Positions 10,169-20,605 of a stretch of DNA of 64,000 nt are shown piece by piece. The stretch lies in the NCBI GenBank assembly GCA_016182915.1, contig JACPFP010000003.1, forward strand, positions 8,806 to 72,805, in the 5' to 3' direction. Within the stretch, counting starts at the first letter, position 1. Each line of letters begins with the position of its first letter. Made by a program: the position numbers and the translations under genes. Origin of the DNA: Candidatus Dojkabacteria bacterium. GTDB lineage: Bacteria > Patescibacteriota > Dojkabacteria > SC72. The notes below the pieces were generated by a model that was given only the letters and a program-made list of their open reading frames with translations, had not been told where the DNA came from and did no database searches.

Positions 10169-11137
10169 ATGTCTCAAAAGAAAATCAGTTTACTTGTCTT
10201 GCCCTCTATTGAAAATATTGAGAATATTGTAAGGGAGATACCTGTCGAGTTAACCAAGGCCTATTACTCATCCATTGAGTTCATTTTCAAAAATAATAAG
10301 GTGTCTATACTCCATAATGAGAGAGATATTAAAAGTTTCTCACATGTCTGGCTCTCCTCATACTGGTCATCTAGAGATCTCGCAGTTGCTGTAAAGAACT
10401 ATTTAGACTTCCATGGAGTATATACAACATACGTTGAGAATAGCTCATCAAAACTAACAGATCTAATGAGTTTTGTATTAGAGGGACTTATTTGTCCAGA
10501 TTCATACTACATTGAAAATTCAAAACTTCTATCTAATATTAAGAGGATTGAAGATACCTGTGGTTATCCAATGATTATGAAAGATAGTAAAGGCTGTGGT
10601 GGCGAGAATGCCGAATATATTAGTTCAAGAGAGGAATTAGTTGAAAGTATTAACAAGAGGAAAGTAGATATAAAATATATATTTCAGAGATTCATTCCAA
10701 ATAACTACGATTGGGGAATTCTAGTTGCAAACAATGAAGTTGTATCAGGAGAACGGAGTTCTCCTAAAAAAGGTGAATTCAGAAACAATAGTAAGGTTGG
10801 AGCTACTGAGGACTTTGTCACAGTTGAGGAAATACCACAGAATGTTAAGGATATCGCTATAAATGCTAGCAAAGCCCTAGGGTTAGATTGGTCAAGGTCT
10901 GATATTGTAATAGATAAGAATACTGGCCTACCCTACTTACTTGAGGTAAATAGATTTCCCGGAATTACAGTTGATAGTACTGAGGTAAGTGGTGCTACAT
11001 TATTCTTAAGAAGTTTCATTGAGAAAGAGGATAACCTTCTTTCACTTAACTATCAGTTAGAGGAATTAGATAAACCATTTGTAAAAAGGGAGATTGTTGC
11101 AATAGATGTTGGCGCACTTGATTTTACGGCCCTATAG
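10169..11137 (+). CDS. RimK-family ATP-grasp ligase
   Basis: YPMIMK, IFQRFIP, EFRNN, SDIV, LLEVNRFPG. Confidence 0.85.
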   Translation: MSQKKISLLVLPSIENIENIVREIPVELTKAYYSSIEFIFKNNKVSILHNERDIKSFSHVWLSSYWSSRDLAVAVKNYLDFHGVYTTYVENSSSKLTDLMSFVLEGLICPDSYYIENSKLLSNIKRIEDTCGYPMIMKDSKGCGGENAEYISSREELVESINKRKVDIKYIFQRFIPNNYDWGILVANNEVVSGERSSPKKGEFRNNSKVGATEDFVTVEEIPQNVKDIAINASKALGLDWSRSDIVIDKNTGLPYLLEVNRFPGITVDSTEVSGATLFLRSFIEKEDNLLSLNYQLEELDKPFVKREIVAIDVGALDFTAL

Positions 11138-11252
11138 TTATACAATTTTGATATAGAGCTTGTTCCTGAGCATGGATTTAGGCCTAGCTTCCCCCACTGA
11201 ATTTAAAGATTAAATAACCGTCACTTATTTAATTTTTTAAATTAATAGTCAT

Positions 11253-11582
11253 ATGCAAACGTATAGATCTCGGATGGTGTACCTGCTAACAGGTATTATT
11301 AATTTTGTTTTTGGACTAGTTATTTCAGGACTACTTCTCCGTTTTATTCTAAGATTACTTGGAGCTAACCCAGGAGCTGGTTTCACAGCTTTTATATATG
11401 ACTCAACCACTTCCCTTCTTGACCCCTTTAGAAATATCTTCACACCATTTGTAATTGATAGAGGAATGGTATTAGAGTTCTCTACGCTATTTGCAATTGT
11501 TATATACTCACTAATATCATGGTTAATAGTTGAGTTTGTCTCATATATTGCATATATAGCCCCTGACTATTCTAAAAAATAG
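11253..11582 (+). CDS. YggT family membrane protein
   Basis: LLRFILRLLGAN..FIY..T..LL.PF pattern. Confidence 0.8.
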   Translation: MQTYRSRMVYLLTGIINFVFGLVISGLLLRFILRLLGANPGAGFTAFIYDSTTSLLDPFRNIFTPFVIDRGMVLEFSTLFAIVIYSLISWLIVEFVSYIAYIAPDYSKK

Positions 11583-11585
11583 AAT

Positions 11586-12431
11586 CTACTTCTTTAAAAT
11601 CTCTTTTCCGTATACACCTTCAAGCAGGTCTAGGTCCTTATTCGAACTAATAAGTAGTTCAAGATTCATATCTTCCAAGGACTTTAGTACATTCATTCCC
11701 TTCTCACCTCCTACCTTCTCTTCATAGACGTCCATGAATGCTTTGAAGTCCTTAATGAAACAATGACCTCCTGCCCCCCTACCTGTTTTGTGTACAGGAC
11801 TTGTGTGTACAAAACCAATTCTAGGATCATGACCAATCCCCTCTTTAATTACCTCGTAGTCTGCTCCGACCTTCTGAGCTACATCATAAAGGAGATTGAA
11901 AAACATGACCTTAAACACAAAGGAAACATTTCCTGCATACTTAATTAGTTCCGCCTCTTTAGCTGCGCATATAAGCTCGTATGGGGCCTTAGGAAGCACT
12001 TCTATAACCTCCCTTGCCTTTCTTCTATACTCATCACTCTCAACTGGAATACCAATAATATTCCTATCTGGATTATCTGCATCATATCTCGCAGTGGCTT
12101 CGGTTAGGAATTCTGGTGAGTGAAATACGAACTTTTTTGGATACATCTTTTGAATAGATTCGGTTGTTCCTGGAACTATTGTAGATTTTATAACTGCAAT
12201 TTTACCGTCCCCGACTAAGCCGACAACCTCTCTCACAATTGAATCATCGAAACCATCCGGGGTACTTGGGGTTGGTACTGCAATGAGAACAATGTCACAC
12301 TCCTTTATCTTCTCCTTATTCCCACTATGTTCTTCTTCTACACCATACCTAACGATGTTAAATCCTCTTGTTTCGAAATTGTCTGCATAGTTTTTTCCTA
12401 TCCATCCTTGCCCTATAAATCCTATTTTCAT
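11586..12431 (-). CDS. UDP-glucose/GDP-mannose dehydrogenase family protein (short form)
   Basis: GQGWIG, AVPTP, KSTIVPGT, SPEFL, GGHCFIKD; C-terminal domain absent. Confidence 0.9.
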   Translation of the reverse strand: MKIGFIGQGWIGKNYADNFETRGFNIVRYGVEEEHSGNKEKIKECDIVLIAVPTPSTPDGFDDSIVREVVGLVGDGKIAVIKSTIVPGTTESIQKMYPKKFVFHSPEFLTEATARYDADNPDRNIIGIPVESDEYRRKAREVIEVLPKAPYELICAAKEAELIKYAGNVSFVFKVMFFNLLYDVAQKVGADYEVIKEGIGHDPRIGFVHTSPVHKTGRGAGGHCFIKDFKAFMDVYEEKVGGEKGMNVLKSLEDMNLELLISSNKDLDLLEGVYGKEILKK

Positions 12432-12548
12432 ATTAACGGTAATTGAAGTTAGATGTTTCCATTATATTGACAGGAACATTTAAATGTAAAGTAATCTCTG
12501 TTTGCATTTCATCTCAAACTACTTTAGCATTAAAGAATTAAACTAATT

Positions 12549-13577
12549 ATGAAGAAAATGAGTAGTAAACAGTTTAAGGTTCGTCCCCAAACATATGCTT
12601 TTATATTAGTTTTACTTCTAGGCATACTTCTTGTTTCCAAAGAGTACTTTGCATCCGATGAACCATCTTTTAATAACGAGAAGAACCTAGTTAGTACATC
12701 GAATTGTCCAGAAGGTAGTTGGATTGACACTCATTTACATTTGGAAACTGAGGTCGCATTCTCAGAACTGGAGAGGAGGATGGATGATAATAATGTTGGA
12801 TGCTCACTTGCTTTTATCTATGTAGATCCAGAGGATCCTAAAGATAGTTTCGAAATCTTAACTGAGGATTACAATGGAAATCTTAATAGGATAATTCCAT
12901 ACTTCTTTATAACTCCTAAAACAGCACAAGATGCCAATATTGATAATATAAAGAAGGTTAGGTCAAATACAGGAAGCTTCTTTAAAGGGCATGGAGAATT
13001 CGCCTTCTATAGGGATCCGTTTAAACAGAGCTCACTATTAGATGAAAATTGGAAAGAAGTTTTTAAATATTCCCAAGAGAATGAGTATTACATTATGTTT
13101 CATTTAAGAGGTTCTGAACAGGTCTCTCAGCTTGAGGAGATTCTCACACTCTATCCAAAAGCGAAACTCCTATTACACGGTCCAGAATTGAGCAGTGAAC
13201 TTCCTGGACTGCTTTCAAAATATGAGAATCTTCTCTTCACTTTAGATACAGCCTCTCTGCTTATACAGAAGGGTGTTTCCATGGAGAGGTCAAACCTCAT
13301 GTATTCCCCTGGTGGTGAGGTAACTTTCAAGTCCGAGTTTGAAAAGAATAGGGAGAAGATACTGAAGAGTAGCTATGAGGAGTGGTTTCCTGTTATTAAG
13401 GCCGCACCGCAAAGAGTAATGTGGGGAACAGATGCCTCTTCAGATTGGCACTTTAGTGATGATACGTATGAAGTGTTAGTAGACTTTTCAGACGATTTTT
13501 TGAAGATGTTACCCGAAGAATATAGGGAAGGCTATATGTATGGTAATGCAAAGAGGCTTTTTCTTGAGTCTGAATAA
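12549..13577 (+). CDS. Amidohydrolase-family (TIM barrel) protein, membrane anchored
   Basis: IDTHLH, GHGE, MFH, LLHG, MWGTD. Confidence 0.82.
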   Translation: MKKMSSKQFKVRPQTYAFILVLLLGILLVSKEYFASDEPSFNNEKNLVSTSNCPEGSWIDTHLHLETEVAFSELERRMDDNNVGCSLAFIYVDPEDPKDSFEILTEDYNGNLNRIIPYFFITPKTAQDANIDNIKKVRSNTGSFFKGHGEFAFYRDPFKQSSLLDENWKEVFKYSQENEYYIMFHLRGSEQVSQLEEILTLYPKAKLLLHGPELSSELPGLLSKYENLLFTLDTASLLIQKGVSMERSNLMYSPGGEVTFKSEFEKNREKILKSSYEEWFPVIKAAPQRVMWGTDASSDWHFSDDTYEVLVDFSDDFLKMLPEEYREGYMYGNAKRLFLESE

Positions 13578-13595
13578 TTGACTGTTGTCTCCTAC

Positions 13596-14186
13596 CTATA
13601 ATCTAAAAAGCAATACAATTATAGTTCCTAAAACCATAAAGGGAACTAAAGGTATTTTTAGGCCCTTAAATACCCTCTTCTCGTATGCAATGAGTAGTCC
13701 GTAAAAAAGTGCTGAGAACACGGTTATGTTTAACCATAGCCATAGATTCCCTACTCCAATTATAAGGCCAATGGCAATTACGATTCTAACATCTCCGAGT
13801 CCTAGAAGCGTTTCTTTAGATAGTATAACCGTAAGGAGAAATACTCCCCCAAGTATTAGAGCTGCGAGGAGATTATCGTAGGGAATGTAGGTTAGAGATT
13901 TTGTAATTTGAAAAGATTTTTCTGGACCGAGAAAGAGGAACGGAAGTAAGTTGAGAAGGAGGAAAAAGAGGAGAAGGAGTAACGAAACTGAATTTTGGAC
14001 TTCCATTTTTAGCAGATCGTAATAAGAAAGGTATAGTAATGAAGCTAGAGTGAAAATAAAGATTAGAAATGAAATAGTTGTTACTAAGGTAGAACTTATA
14101 TTTGTGAAAAAAAAGTAAGTGCTAACAGCGGAAGAAAGAATAAAGAGATTAATAAATATTAATTTTAAACGACTTCGCTTCTTCAT
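13596..14186 (-). CDS. Prepilin peptidase (A24), lacking the N-terminal Zn/methylase domain
   Basis: YYDL and GLGD catalytic Asp motifs, IPLVPF; last gene of the pilus operon. Confidence 0.85.
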   Translation of the reverse strand: MKKRSRLKLIFINLFILSSAVSTYFFFTNISSTLVTTISFLIFIFTLASLLYLSYYDLLKMEVQNSVSLLLLLFFLLLNLLPFLFLGPEKSFQITKSLTYIPYDNLLAALILGGVFLLTVILSKETLLGLGDVRIVIAIGLIIGVGNLWLWLNITVFSALFYGLLIAYEKRVFKGLKIPLVPFMVLGTIIVLLFRL

Positions 14187-14560
14187 TCGATATTTTTTAG
14201 CTCAAAAGGATTTAGGTTTGTATTCAGTTCTTTTTTAGATATAGTTTCAATTCCATTCCCATCTGAAGATGTAAGGGTTAATAGTTTAATTGTTGGATCT
14301 CCTCCTTTATTTTCAATAGTAACTGTACATGTCCATCCTTCTCCATTAAATATTTTACTTCCAGTAAATGCGGTATCTCTCTTTAGAGCATATACAGTCT
14401 CTTCGATACATGTTTCAGAGTTAGATTTAAGCACTTGAGAGTCGTAATTCATCTTTGAGATAGAGAGGAGAGTAATATTTTCATATAGAGAACTTACCCC
14501 TGTTAAGAGAAGTAATGGAATCATTATTAGTACGCATGTCAGGGCTACATAACCTCTCAT
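14183..14560 (-). CDS. PilX-like minor pilin
   Basis: RG|YVAL cleavage site without Glu5; hydrophobic helix. Confidence 0.65.
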   Translation of the reverse strand: MRGYVALTCVLIMIPLLLLTGVSSLYENITLLSISKMNYDSQVLKSNSETCIEETVYALKRDTAFTGSKIFNGEGWTCTVTIENKGGDPTIKLLTLTSSDGNGIETISKKELNTNLNPFELKNIE

Positions 14561-15030
14561 CTAAGTGTAAATAACATGTTAATTGGTAATGATATTGAAT
14601 TGTCTTTATTCAAAACAAGGAGTATGTCCGTATTAATACCTATTATTGTATTGTCATTATCGTAAACAGGCGTAAGTATAAATTGAGTTATGGACGTGTT
14701 CGGAGGTGTTATTGGAACTCCATTGTATTGTAGTCTGTTGTTTACAATTTCATACACTCCGGTAGTAGTCTCATATCGTATCTGTAGCTTTCCATTTGAG
14801 TTTTCAAACACACTATTAATGCTGTCAATAGATTGAGCTTTGTGGAAACTATCTGTCAGGTGTTGAATCACAAATTCGCTTGCCTGGTGGACGATCCTTT
14901 TACGCTCAGTCCTGAGTGTACTTTCCTGTGTCGCCAGCATGAAGTTAAGTATCATTAATATAATGACGGAAAAAAGACTTAGATATACTAAGGTCTCAAG
15001 CAGAGTTATTCCCTTTAGTTTATTTTTCAT
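14557..15030 (-). CDS. Minor pilin (PilW-like)
   Basis: KG|ITLLE class III signal. Confidence 0.82.
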   Translation of the reverse strand: MKNKLKGITLLETLVYLSLFSVIILMILNFMLATQESTLRTERKRIVHQASEFVIQHLTDSFHKAQSIDSINSVFENSNGKLQIRYETTTGVYEIVNNRLQYNGVPITPPNTSITQFILTPVYDNDNTIIGINTDILLVLNKDNSISLPINMLFTLR

Positions 15031-16921
15031 AGTTTATAACAATTTCTTCAAGTAATGGTGTTGATACGGTATCAGAGATTAATTCCGCTTTGTATTGAAG
15101 ATATCTTCCTGTAACTCCGGAGGGAAGGGTATATACATTAGTAGTTGTGAAGTATGTAGTAGCTGTACCATCCGGACCTAACCAAGTTGAGCCTGACATA
15201 TCAGAGTTAATGCTAACCCTAATCTGAACTTTAAGGGTAGTGCCTGAAGGAACTGTGCTTGTTAGTCCTAAAATAAAGTAAGTGGAGGTTGTTGACTGCG
15301 AATCAAATATTGGAGAGAGGTATTCTCCATTTGGTAGATATCCATTCCCATCCGCCCCTCCTCCTCCTGGACCTCCTCTTATAATTTTAAATTCTGAGGT
15401 TGAATCCTTCGTGACTACATACGTATAATGATTTGTTCCTTGCTTGACCAGAGCAAGGGCATTCACGCCTGTATTTATCTGAAGTCCTCCACATTTGTTT
15501 GGGGCTCCCTCGTTTGTAATATCTAGTACTTGATACTCTTCCCCATTTGTACCTGCAATGATAGCTCGATTGTCTATAGAGGCAACTGCTTTAGGGCTCA
15601 TTTCACCTGTGTCAAATGAGCTGATTACAGGTAATGCACCAACTTTATTACTTATGTTCACGATGAAGAACTCATCCGCGATATTTATTGTAGTTGTAAC
15701 GTAAGCTCTATTTGTCACTGTGGATATATACAAACTCGTACCGTCTGCATCATTCAGGTCTGCATTTCCTCTTAATGTAATGCTTGAGTCATTATATTCA
15801 TATATTACGAATTGATTGTTGTTGCCAGATAATGTTAGATATGCGTAAACTCCTTCCACAAAGATATCCGTGGCTGCACCAACATTTGATGACCTAATTA
15901 ATGCTCTCTCTCCAGTATATGAGGAGAGATCGAAGATACTTAGAGAATTACCATGGGCAACAAACCCCCTATTCCCTAGCACAAATACGGAGTTAGCATC
16001 CTGTACGCCTGTAGCATTAAAGTATCCTACCTCTGTAAATGGTGACGTTGTAATATCATAAATCACTACTTCTTTTGCGTTATTATCAGTTGCGAGTACT
16101 GCATAGTTACCTATGCCAAAGACATCGTTTACCTTATAACCATCGATTGTGCCGTTAACTGTAACAGTTGGAGGTTCACCGGCAACCGTAGCCTTCATGA
16201 AGGATATTCCTGATGAATTACTTCCGGTTCCCATATGAACTTCTTCACCGTACACGGAGACGTTTGAAGCAATACCTTGGCCTGGAAGGTCGTGTGAGGT
16301 CATACTAAGGGTTGGGTTGCACCAGTCAGCATAGAACATAGATTGAAGACGAATCTCTCCGCCTGAGTAGTTTGCTGCCATCGTAGAGCTATGTGTACCT
16401 AGGAGGAAGTCATCATGGGTTGTATATACAATGGAATTAGTTTCCCAGTCGTTTATATATATCATAGGTGAAATACTATGAACTTTCTCCAAAGAATCTG
16501 TCCATTCTATATTTAGTTGAACTAACCTTGTGTGTGCATCTACTGTCCCTCCGCTTTCCACAAGGACCCCATTATTGTCTCTATGTGCAGGGAGAACTTC
16601 GATAGTATAGGTAAAGCCATTTTTTTCACCCTGTCCATTAACAATTTGGTATTCTCCCCCTGTTATTTCAAAGTGTTTAATTCCTGTATTAGTATGTGAA
16701 GCTACGCTATACCAGGACTTTGATTTAAGCATAATTAATGTACTGTTAATCTCTTTTGTGAGATTAGAAGCTTTTGTTCTTGCTTTCGTATTTTCTAAAG
16801 TTCGCGTAGAATCAACTACCAAAAGCATTAAGGTTGAAGCAATTATTGCAAAAATACCAATAGCAAGTACCAGCTCCACAAGCCCAAATCCCTTATTATT
16901 GTTCTTTTTATAAATCTTCAT
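15020..16921 (-). CDS. Large minor pilin with LVIVD-like beta-propeller domain
   Basis: KG|FGLVE signal; repeated VVIYDIT/LSIFDLS/FIVNIS/QVLDIT blades. Confidence 0.82.
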   Translation of the reverse strand: MKIYKKNNNKGFGLVELVLAIGIFAIIASTLMLLVVDSTRTLENTKARTKASNLTKEINSTLIMLKSKSWYSVASHTNTGIKHFEITGGEYQIVNGQGEKNGFTYTIEVLPAHRDNNGVLVESGGTVDAHTRLVQLNIEWTDSLEKVHSISPMIYINDWETNSIVYTTHDDFLLGTHSSTMAANYSGGEIRLQSMFYADWCNPTLSMTSHDLPGQGIASNVSVYGEEVHMGTGSNSSGISFMKATVAGEPPTVTVNGTIDGYKVNDVFGIGNYAVLATDNNAKEVVIYDITTSPFTEVGYFNATGVQDANSVFVLGNRGFVAHGNSLSIFDLSSYTGERALIRSSNVGAATDIFVEGVYAYLTLSGNNNQFVIYEYNDSSITLRGNADLNDADGTSLYISTVTNRAYVTTTINIADEFFIVNISNKVGALPVISSFDTGEMSPKAVASIDNRAIIAGTNGEEYQVLDITNEGAPNKCGGLQINTGVNALALVKQGTNHYTYVVTKDSTSEFKIIRGGPGGGGADGNGYLPNGEYLSPIFDSQSTTSTYFILGLTSTVPSGTTLKVQIRVSINSDMSGSTWLGPDGTATTYFTTTNVYTLPSGVTGRYLQYKAELISDTVSTPLLEEIVINYEK

Positions 16922-17372
16922 AACCTATCAGTCCTTCTGCATTTATATATATTCTTGTGGAAAATGTTCCATCGGTAATTATTGCCGTTCCATAGGTTGT
17001 AGGTTTGAATTCTCCCTGAGAGAATAGAATCTCTGACCCGGACGTTAGGGATATTGTATGCATTCGTATATTAGCAGGAAACGATTTGGATTCGACTTCA
17101 GTTGCTGTTGAGTAGCTTGCTCCATCAAAGAGTGAATATCCATTGGCTTGCAGTCTGATTCCCTCTGCTAGATTTCGGTTCGCACTTCGTTGCTGTTGGA
17201 AGTATATGTCAGCAGAAAGCTGTTCTGCATAGCTATCAAGTTTTGCCTTATTTGCCTTATTTATGGCGATTGGGAATACAACAATCGTAATCATAAGGAG
17301 AATTCCCATTGTCATAAGGACTTCGAGAAGGGAAAAGCCTTTCAGTTGTTTATAATATCTTCCATTACTCAT
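16908..17372 (-). CDS. Minor pilin (FimT/GspH-like)
   Basis: KG|FSLLE signal. Confidence 0.82.
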   Translation of the reverse strand: MSNGRYYKQLKGFSLLEVLMTMGILLMITIVVFPIAINKANKAKLDSYAEQLSADIYFQQQRSANRNLAEGIRLQANGYSLFDGASYSTATEVESKSFPANIRMHTISLTSGSEILFSQGEFKPTTYGTAIITDGTFSTRIYINAEGLIGYEDL

Positions 17373-18474
17373 TAATACTTCCCATCAATTGATAAATTGG
17401 CATTAGGATTGTTACACCCAGTAATCCAATTATTATACCGACGAGAATTAAAAGTAGTGGTTCTACTAAGGTAACTATGTTGTTACTCATCTCTGTAACA
17501 TCGTCTGAGTAATAATCGTGAAGGTACATCATATTTTCTTCTAAAGTTCCGCTGATTTCTCCGATCTCAACCATCTTTATAAAAGATTTATTGAAATAAT
17601 TCCCATGTTGAGAGAGAGAGGTTGCCATATTCTGCCCATCATCTATATTTTTATGGATGACCATTAGTATTTTCTGATAGATTTGATTGTTCATGGTGTT
17701 TGCCGCTATTAACATGGCTTTGGATAGTGGTAATCCACTTGCAAGGAGTACCCCCAAGGTTCTTGAGAATGAAGCCAGTATATTGCTTATAAAGAGGTTC
17801 TTTAGTATTGGGAAGTTAATTGAGACCCAGCTGGTAAAGTACTTCCCGTATTTGGTTTTCAAGAAAATTATAAAGGTTATTAGTATCGCAAGGGCAATTG
17901 CGAATATGGTTAGCCAGTTGTCTCTAATTGCTTGAGCTTTCTCCATGATGAATATTGTAAGGGGAGGTACATTGGTAAAACTTTTATATAACTCCTCCAT
18001 CTTGGGAAGTACTATAAAAATCATGCCAGTGAATTCTAGAAGAGTAAGGGTAATAATGATTGAGGGATATATAAGAGCTCCTCTCATTTTCCTGTTCAAC
18101 TCGTAAGATTTCTTAATTGTTTCTGCAATGAATAGTAGATTCTTTTCCAACGATGCTCCGCTCTCCCCTGCATCAACAACCGAAACCATTGTTTCTGGGA
18201 ATATCTTTGGGAAAAGTTTCATAGCTTTGGAAAGACTGGACCCCTCTTCAATCTCTCTGTGCATGAAAGCATAGATTCTGTTTAGGTTCTTATCGTTGGA
18301 CTGCTCTGACATCGTCTGTACTGCGTCTGAAAGAGATATACTTGCTCTAAGTAGCGCAGCAAAAGACTTTATGGAGATTAGAAGATTTGAGGTTGAGATT
18401 GTAATCCCTTTAAGCTGTCTTAGCTCTTTCTCTTTCTTTTTTTCAGCTTCTGTTTTTGGTTCTTTTTTCGCCAT
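17365..18474 (-). CDS. pilC: Type IV pilus platform protein PilC/GspF
   Basis: Two T2SSF repeats (AGESGASL, IGEISGTL), ALIYP, LVEP, MPIY. Confidence 0.93.
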   Translation of the reverse strand: MAKKEPKTEAEKKKEKELRQLKGITISTSNLLISIKSFAALLRASISLSDAVQTMSEQSNDKNLNRIYAFMHREIEEGSSLSKAMKLFPKIFPETMVSVVDAGESGASLEKNLLFIAETIKKSYELNRKMRGALIYPSIIITLTLLEFTGMIFIVLPKMEELYKSFTNVPPLTIFIMEKAQAIRDNWLTIFAIALAILITFIIFLKTKYGKYFTSWVSINFPILKNLFISNILASFSRTLGVLLASGLPLSKAMLIAANTMNNQIYQKILMVIHKNIDDGQNMATSLSQHGNYFNKSFIKMVEIGEISGTLEENMMYLHDYYSDDVTEMSNNIVTLVEPLLLILVGIIIGLLGVTILMPIYQLMGSINE

Positions 18475-19925
18475 TATTCTTTTATTGCGATTACTCTGAC
18501 AAGCTCTTCTAGGTCAATTACCCCAGATTTTAGCTTATCTACAGCATCCTCAATCATTAATTTAAAGTTACCTTTCTTTGCTGCGGCAAGGATTGCGTCT
18601 GTACTTGGCTGGCTTATCACTGTATCTCTTACTTCTTTACTCATTCTTAGAACTTCATATAATCCTATTCTGCCTGAGTATCCTGTGTCGTCGCACTTGC
18701 TGCATCCAACGGCTTTGTACAATTTAGGCGAAGTCCCTACGTATTTCTCTACATCAGGGCGGAACTTAAGAATCTCCTTATTCTTCTCATCCGAATTCAC
18801 ACTATATTCTGCCTTGCAGTGATCGCAGAGTTTTCTTGCAAGTCTTTGACTTATGATTATGTTTATAGTTGAGGCTATTAGGAACGGTTCAATTCCCATG
18901 TCAACGAGTCTTGGTATTGCACTTATCGCATCATTAGCGTGAATGGTTGAAAGAACCAAGTGTCCTGTTAAAGCTGAATTTACTGTGATTCGCGCGGTTT
19001 CTGTGTCCCTAATCTCACCGACCATAATAATATTTGGATCTTGTCTAAGTATGGATCTCAGACCGTTTGCAAAAGTTAGATTACTCTTCTCATTAATCTG
19101 AATGTGGTTTACTCCCTCAATGTTATACTCAACAGGATCCTCAATTGTTGTAATGTTGACCTTTCTTGTGTTTAGTATCTTTAGTATTGAATACAAGGTC
19201 GTAGTTTTACCGCTTCCTGTTGGTCCTGTTGCAAGGATAAGGCCATAAGGCTCTCTATAGCTAGATTCTACTTTTGCAAGATCGGCAGGCTCAAATCCAA
19301 GGTCTGCAAGACCGAAACTTTTACTTGTCTGAGCGAGAAGCCTAATAACTACCTTCTCACCAAAAGTGACAGGAAGAATTGAGATACGAGCATCTACTCT
19401 ATAAATATCATCACTTTTCTTCTCGGTAAAGCTATCTTTAAGATTCTCAAAAGCATTGAAGGTTTTCTTTATTACACTCTCGTCTTTCTTCTCATCCTTT
19501 TTTTCCTCTTTTACTTCCTCTTCTACCTTAACTTCATTATCTTTCACTGTTTTATCTTCTTTTTTCTTCTGCTCCTCCTCTTCCATCTGCTTTGCAGCCT
19601 CCTCACTTACCATTTTTATATCATCTTTATGGAATGAGAAAAGGATCTTTCCGTCTTGAGGTGTGAAGTGTATATCGGTTCTGAGCTTTGCCCTAACCTT
19701 TATAATGAAGAGAATACTTTCTTCAAGGTTATCCCCGATTGTTATGAAATCTCTCAGCATTCCGTCTATTCTATATCTGACAAGGATTTTATTTCCCTCT
19801 ACTGCTTCAAGATGTATATCTGAAGCTTTCCTCTCAATGGCCTCCTTCACTATAACGTCCAGAAGATCTGAAACGTTTTGTTTCTTTTTCCCAACTTCAT
19901 CAATGACTTTTAGAAGGTCAACCAT
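18474..19925 (-). CDS. pilB: Type IV pilus assembly ATPase PilB/GspE
   Basis: ASDIH, PQDG, GPTGSGKTT, TIEDPVE, LRQDP, GEIRD, TGHLVLST, two CxxC. Confidence 0.95.
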   Translation of the reverse strand: MVDLLKVIDEVGKKKQNVSDLLDVIVKEAIERKASDIHLEAVEGNKILVRYRIDGMLRDFITIGDNLEESILFIIKVRAKLRTDIHFTPQDGKILFSFHKDDIKMVSEEAAKQMEEEEQKKKEDKTVKDNEVKVEEEVKEEKKDEKKDESVIKKTFNAFENLKDSFTEKKSDDIYRVDARISILPVTFGEKVVIRLLAQTSKSFGLADLGFEPADLAKVESSYREPYGLILATGPTGSGKTTTLYSILKILNTRKVNITTIEDPVEYNIEGVNHIQINEKSNLTFANGLRSILRQDPNIIMVGEIRDTETARITVNSALTGHLVLSTIHANDAISAIPRLVDMGIEPFLIASTINIIISQRLARKLCDHCKAEYSVNSDEKNKEILKFRPDVEKYVGTSPKLYKAVGCSKCDDTGYSGRIGLYEVLRMSKEVRDTVISQPSTDAILAAAKKGNFKLMIEDAVDKLKSGVIDLEELVRVIAIKE

Positions 19926-19987
19926 AATAGTAGGTCAGTTTACTATAGAAAATAGGTTTACTATTTATTAAAGGCTTTCGCCGGTTA

Positions 19988-20434
19988 CTATCTCTTTACA
20001 ACAATCTGCTTTCCATTCTCAGCTAGAGGAGCACTTACCTGTACTCTTCCACCTGTTGTGACACAGATCTTATATCCTGTTGTTGCATCAGTTCCACTTG
20101 AAGGATCTTTAGGAATTGCAACTATGAACTCATCTACGAGCACTGCTCCAAGGTCAACACCTGCAGTTCCTATATCGCTACCGTCATTCCAGTTGGCTGT
20201 ACATGTTGATATTGTACCGAATGCGCCAATTGAATTACCCTCTTCAGATGTATACTGGGTTACAGCATTAAGAATCTGAGTTACATCAGCACTTCTTTGT
20301 GCATTTCTTGTGTCTCTGAAGTTCTTTCCTGGGTTGATTGCTACAAGCGTAATTGTTGCCAAAATGATAATCAAGGCAACTACAACAAGGATTTCAATAA
20401 GGGAGAATCCTTTATAGTTCTTATTCACTCTCAT
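19988..20434 (-). CDS. Type IV major pilin
   Basis: KG|FSLIEILVVV, IPKDP, two Cys; first gene of the operon. Confidence 0.9.
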   Translation of the reverse strand: MRVNKNYKGFSLIEILVVVALIIILATITLVAINPGKNFRDTRNAQRSADVTQILNAVTQYTSEEGNSIGAFGTISTCTANWNDGSDIGTAGVDLGAVLVDEFIVAIPKDPSSGTDATTGYKICVTTGGRVQVSAPLAENGKQIVVKR

Positions 20435-20465
20435 TAATATAAAATATAAATTTAATTATGTATAA

Positions 20466-20494
20466 AATATACTAACGCCATGGGGAGATGTCAA
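20466..20494 (-). promoter_or_regulatory. Sigma70 promoter of the pilus operon
   Basis: TTGACA-N17-TATATT on the minus strand. Confidence 0.7.
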
Positions 20495-20605
20495 TTAAGA
20501 GAAATTTGGTATTGAAATAATGCTGCCAGAATGGGCTCTAAGGAAACATTCTAGGTATATGTAAAGAAATATATCTTCAGAACAAATATTCTTTGACTCT
20601 ACCCC

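Noticed and set aside
11145-11235. Possible structured RNA upstream of the YggT gene
   Set aside because: Only weak, G.U-rich stems and no recognisable motif
11586-12431. UDP-glucose dehydrogenase as a pseudogene
   Set aside because: Catalytic motifs are intact and there is no downstream remnant; short two-domain forms are plausible
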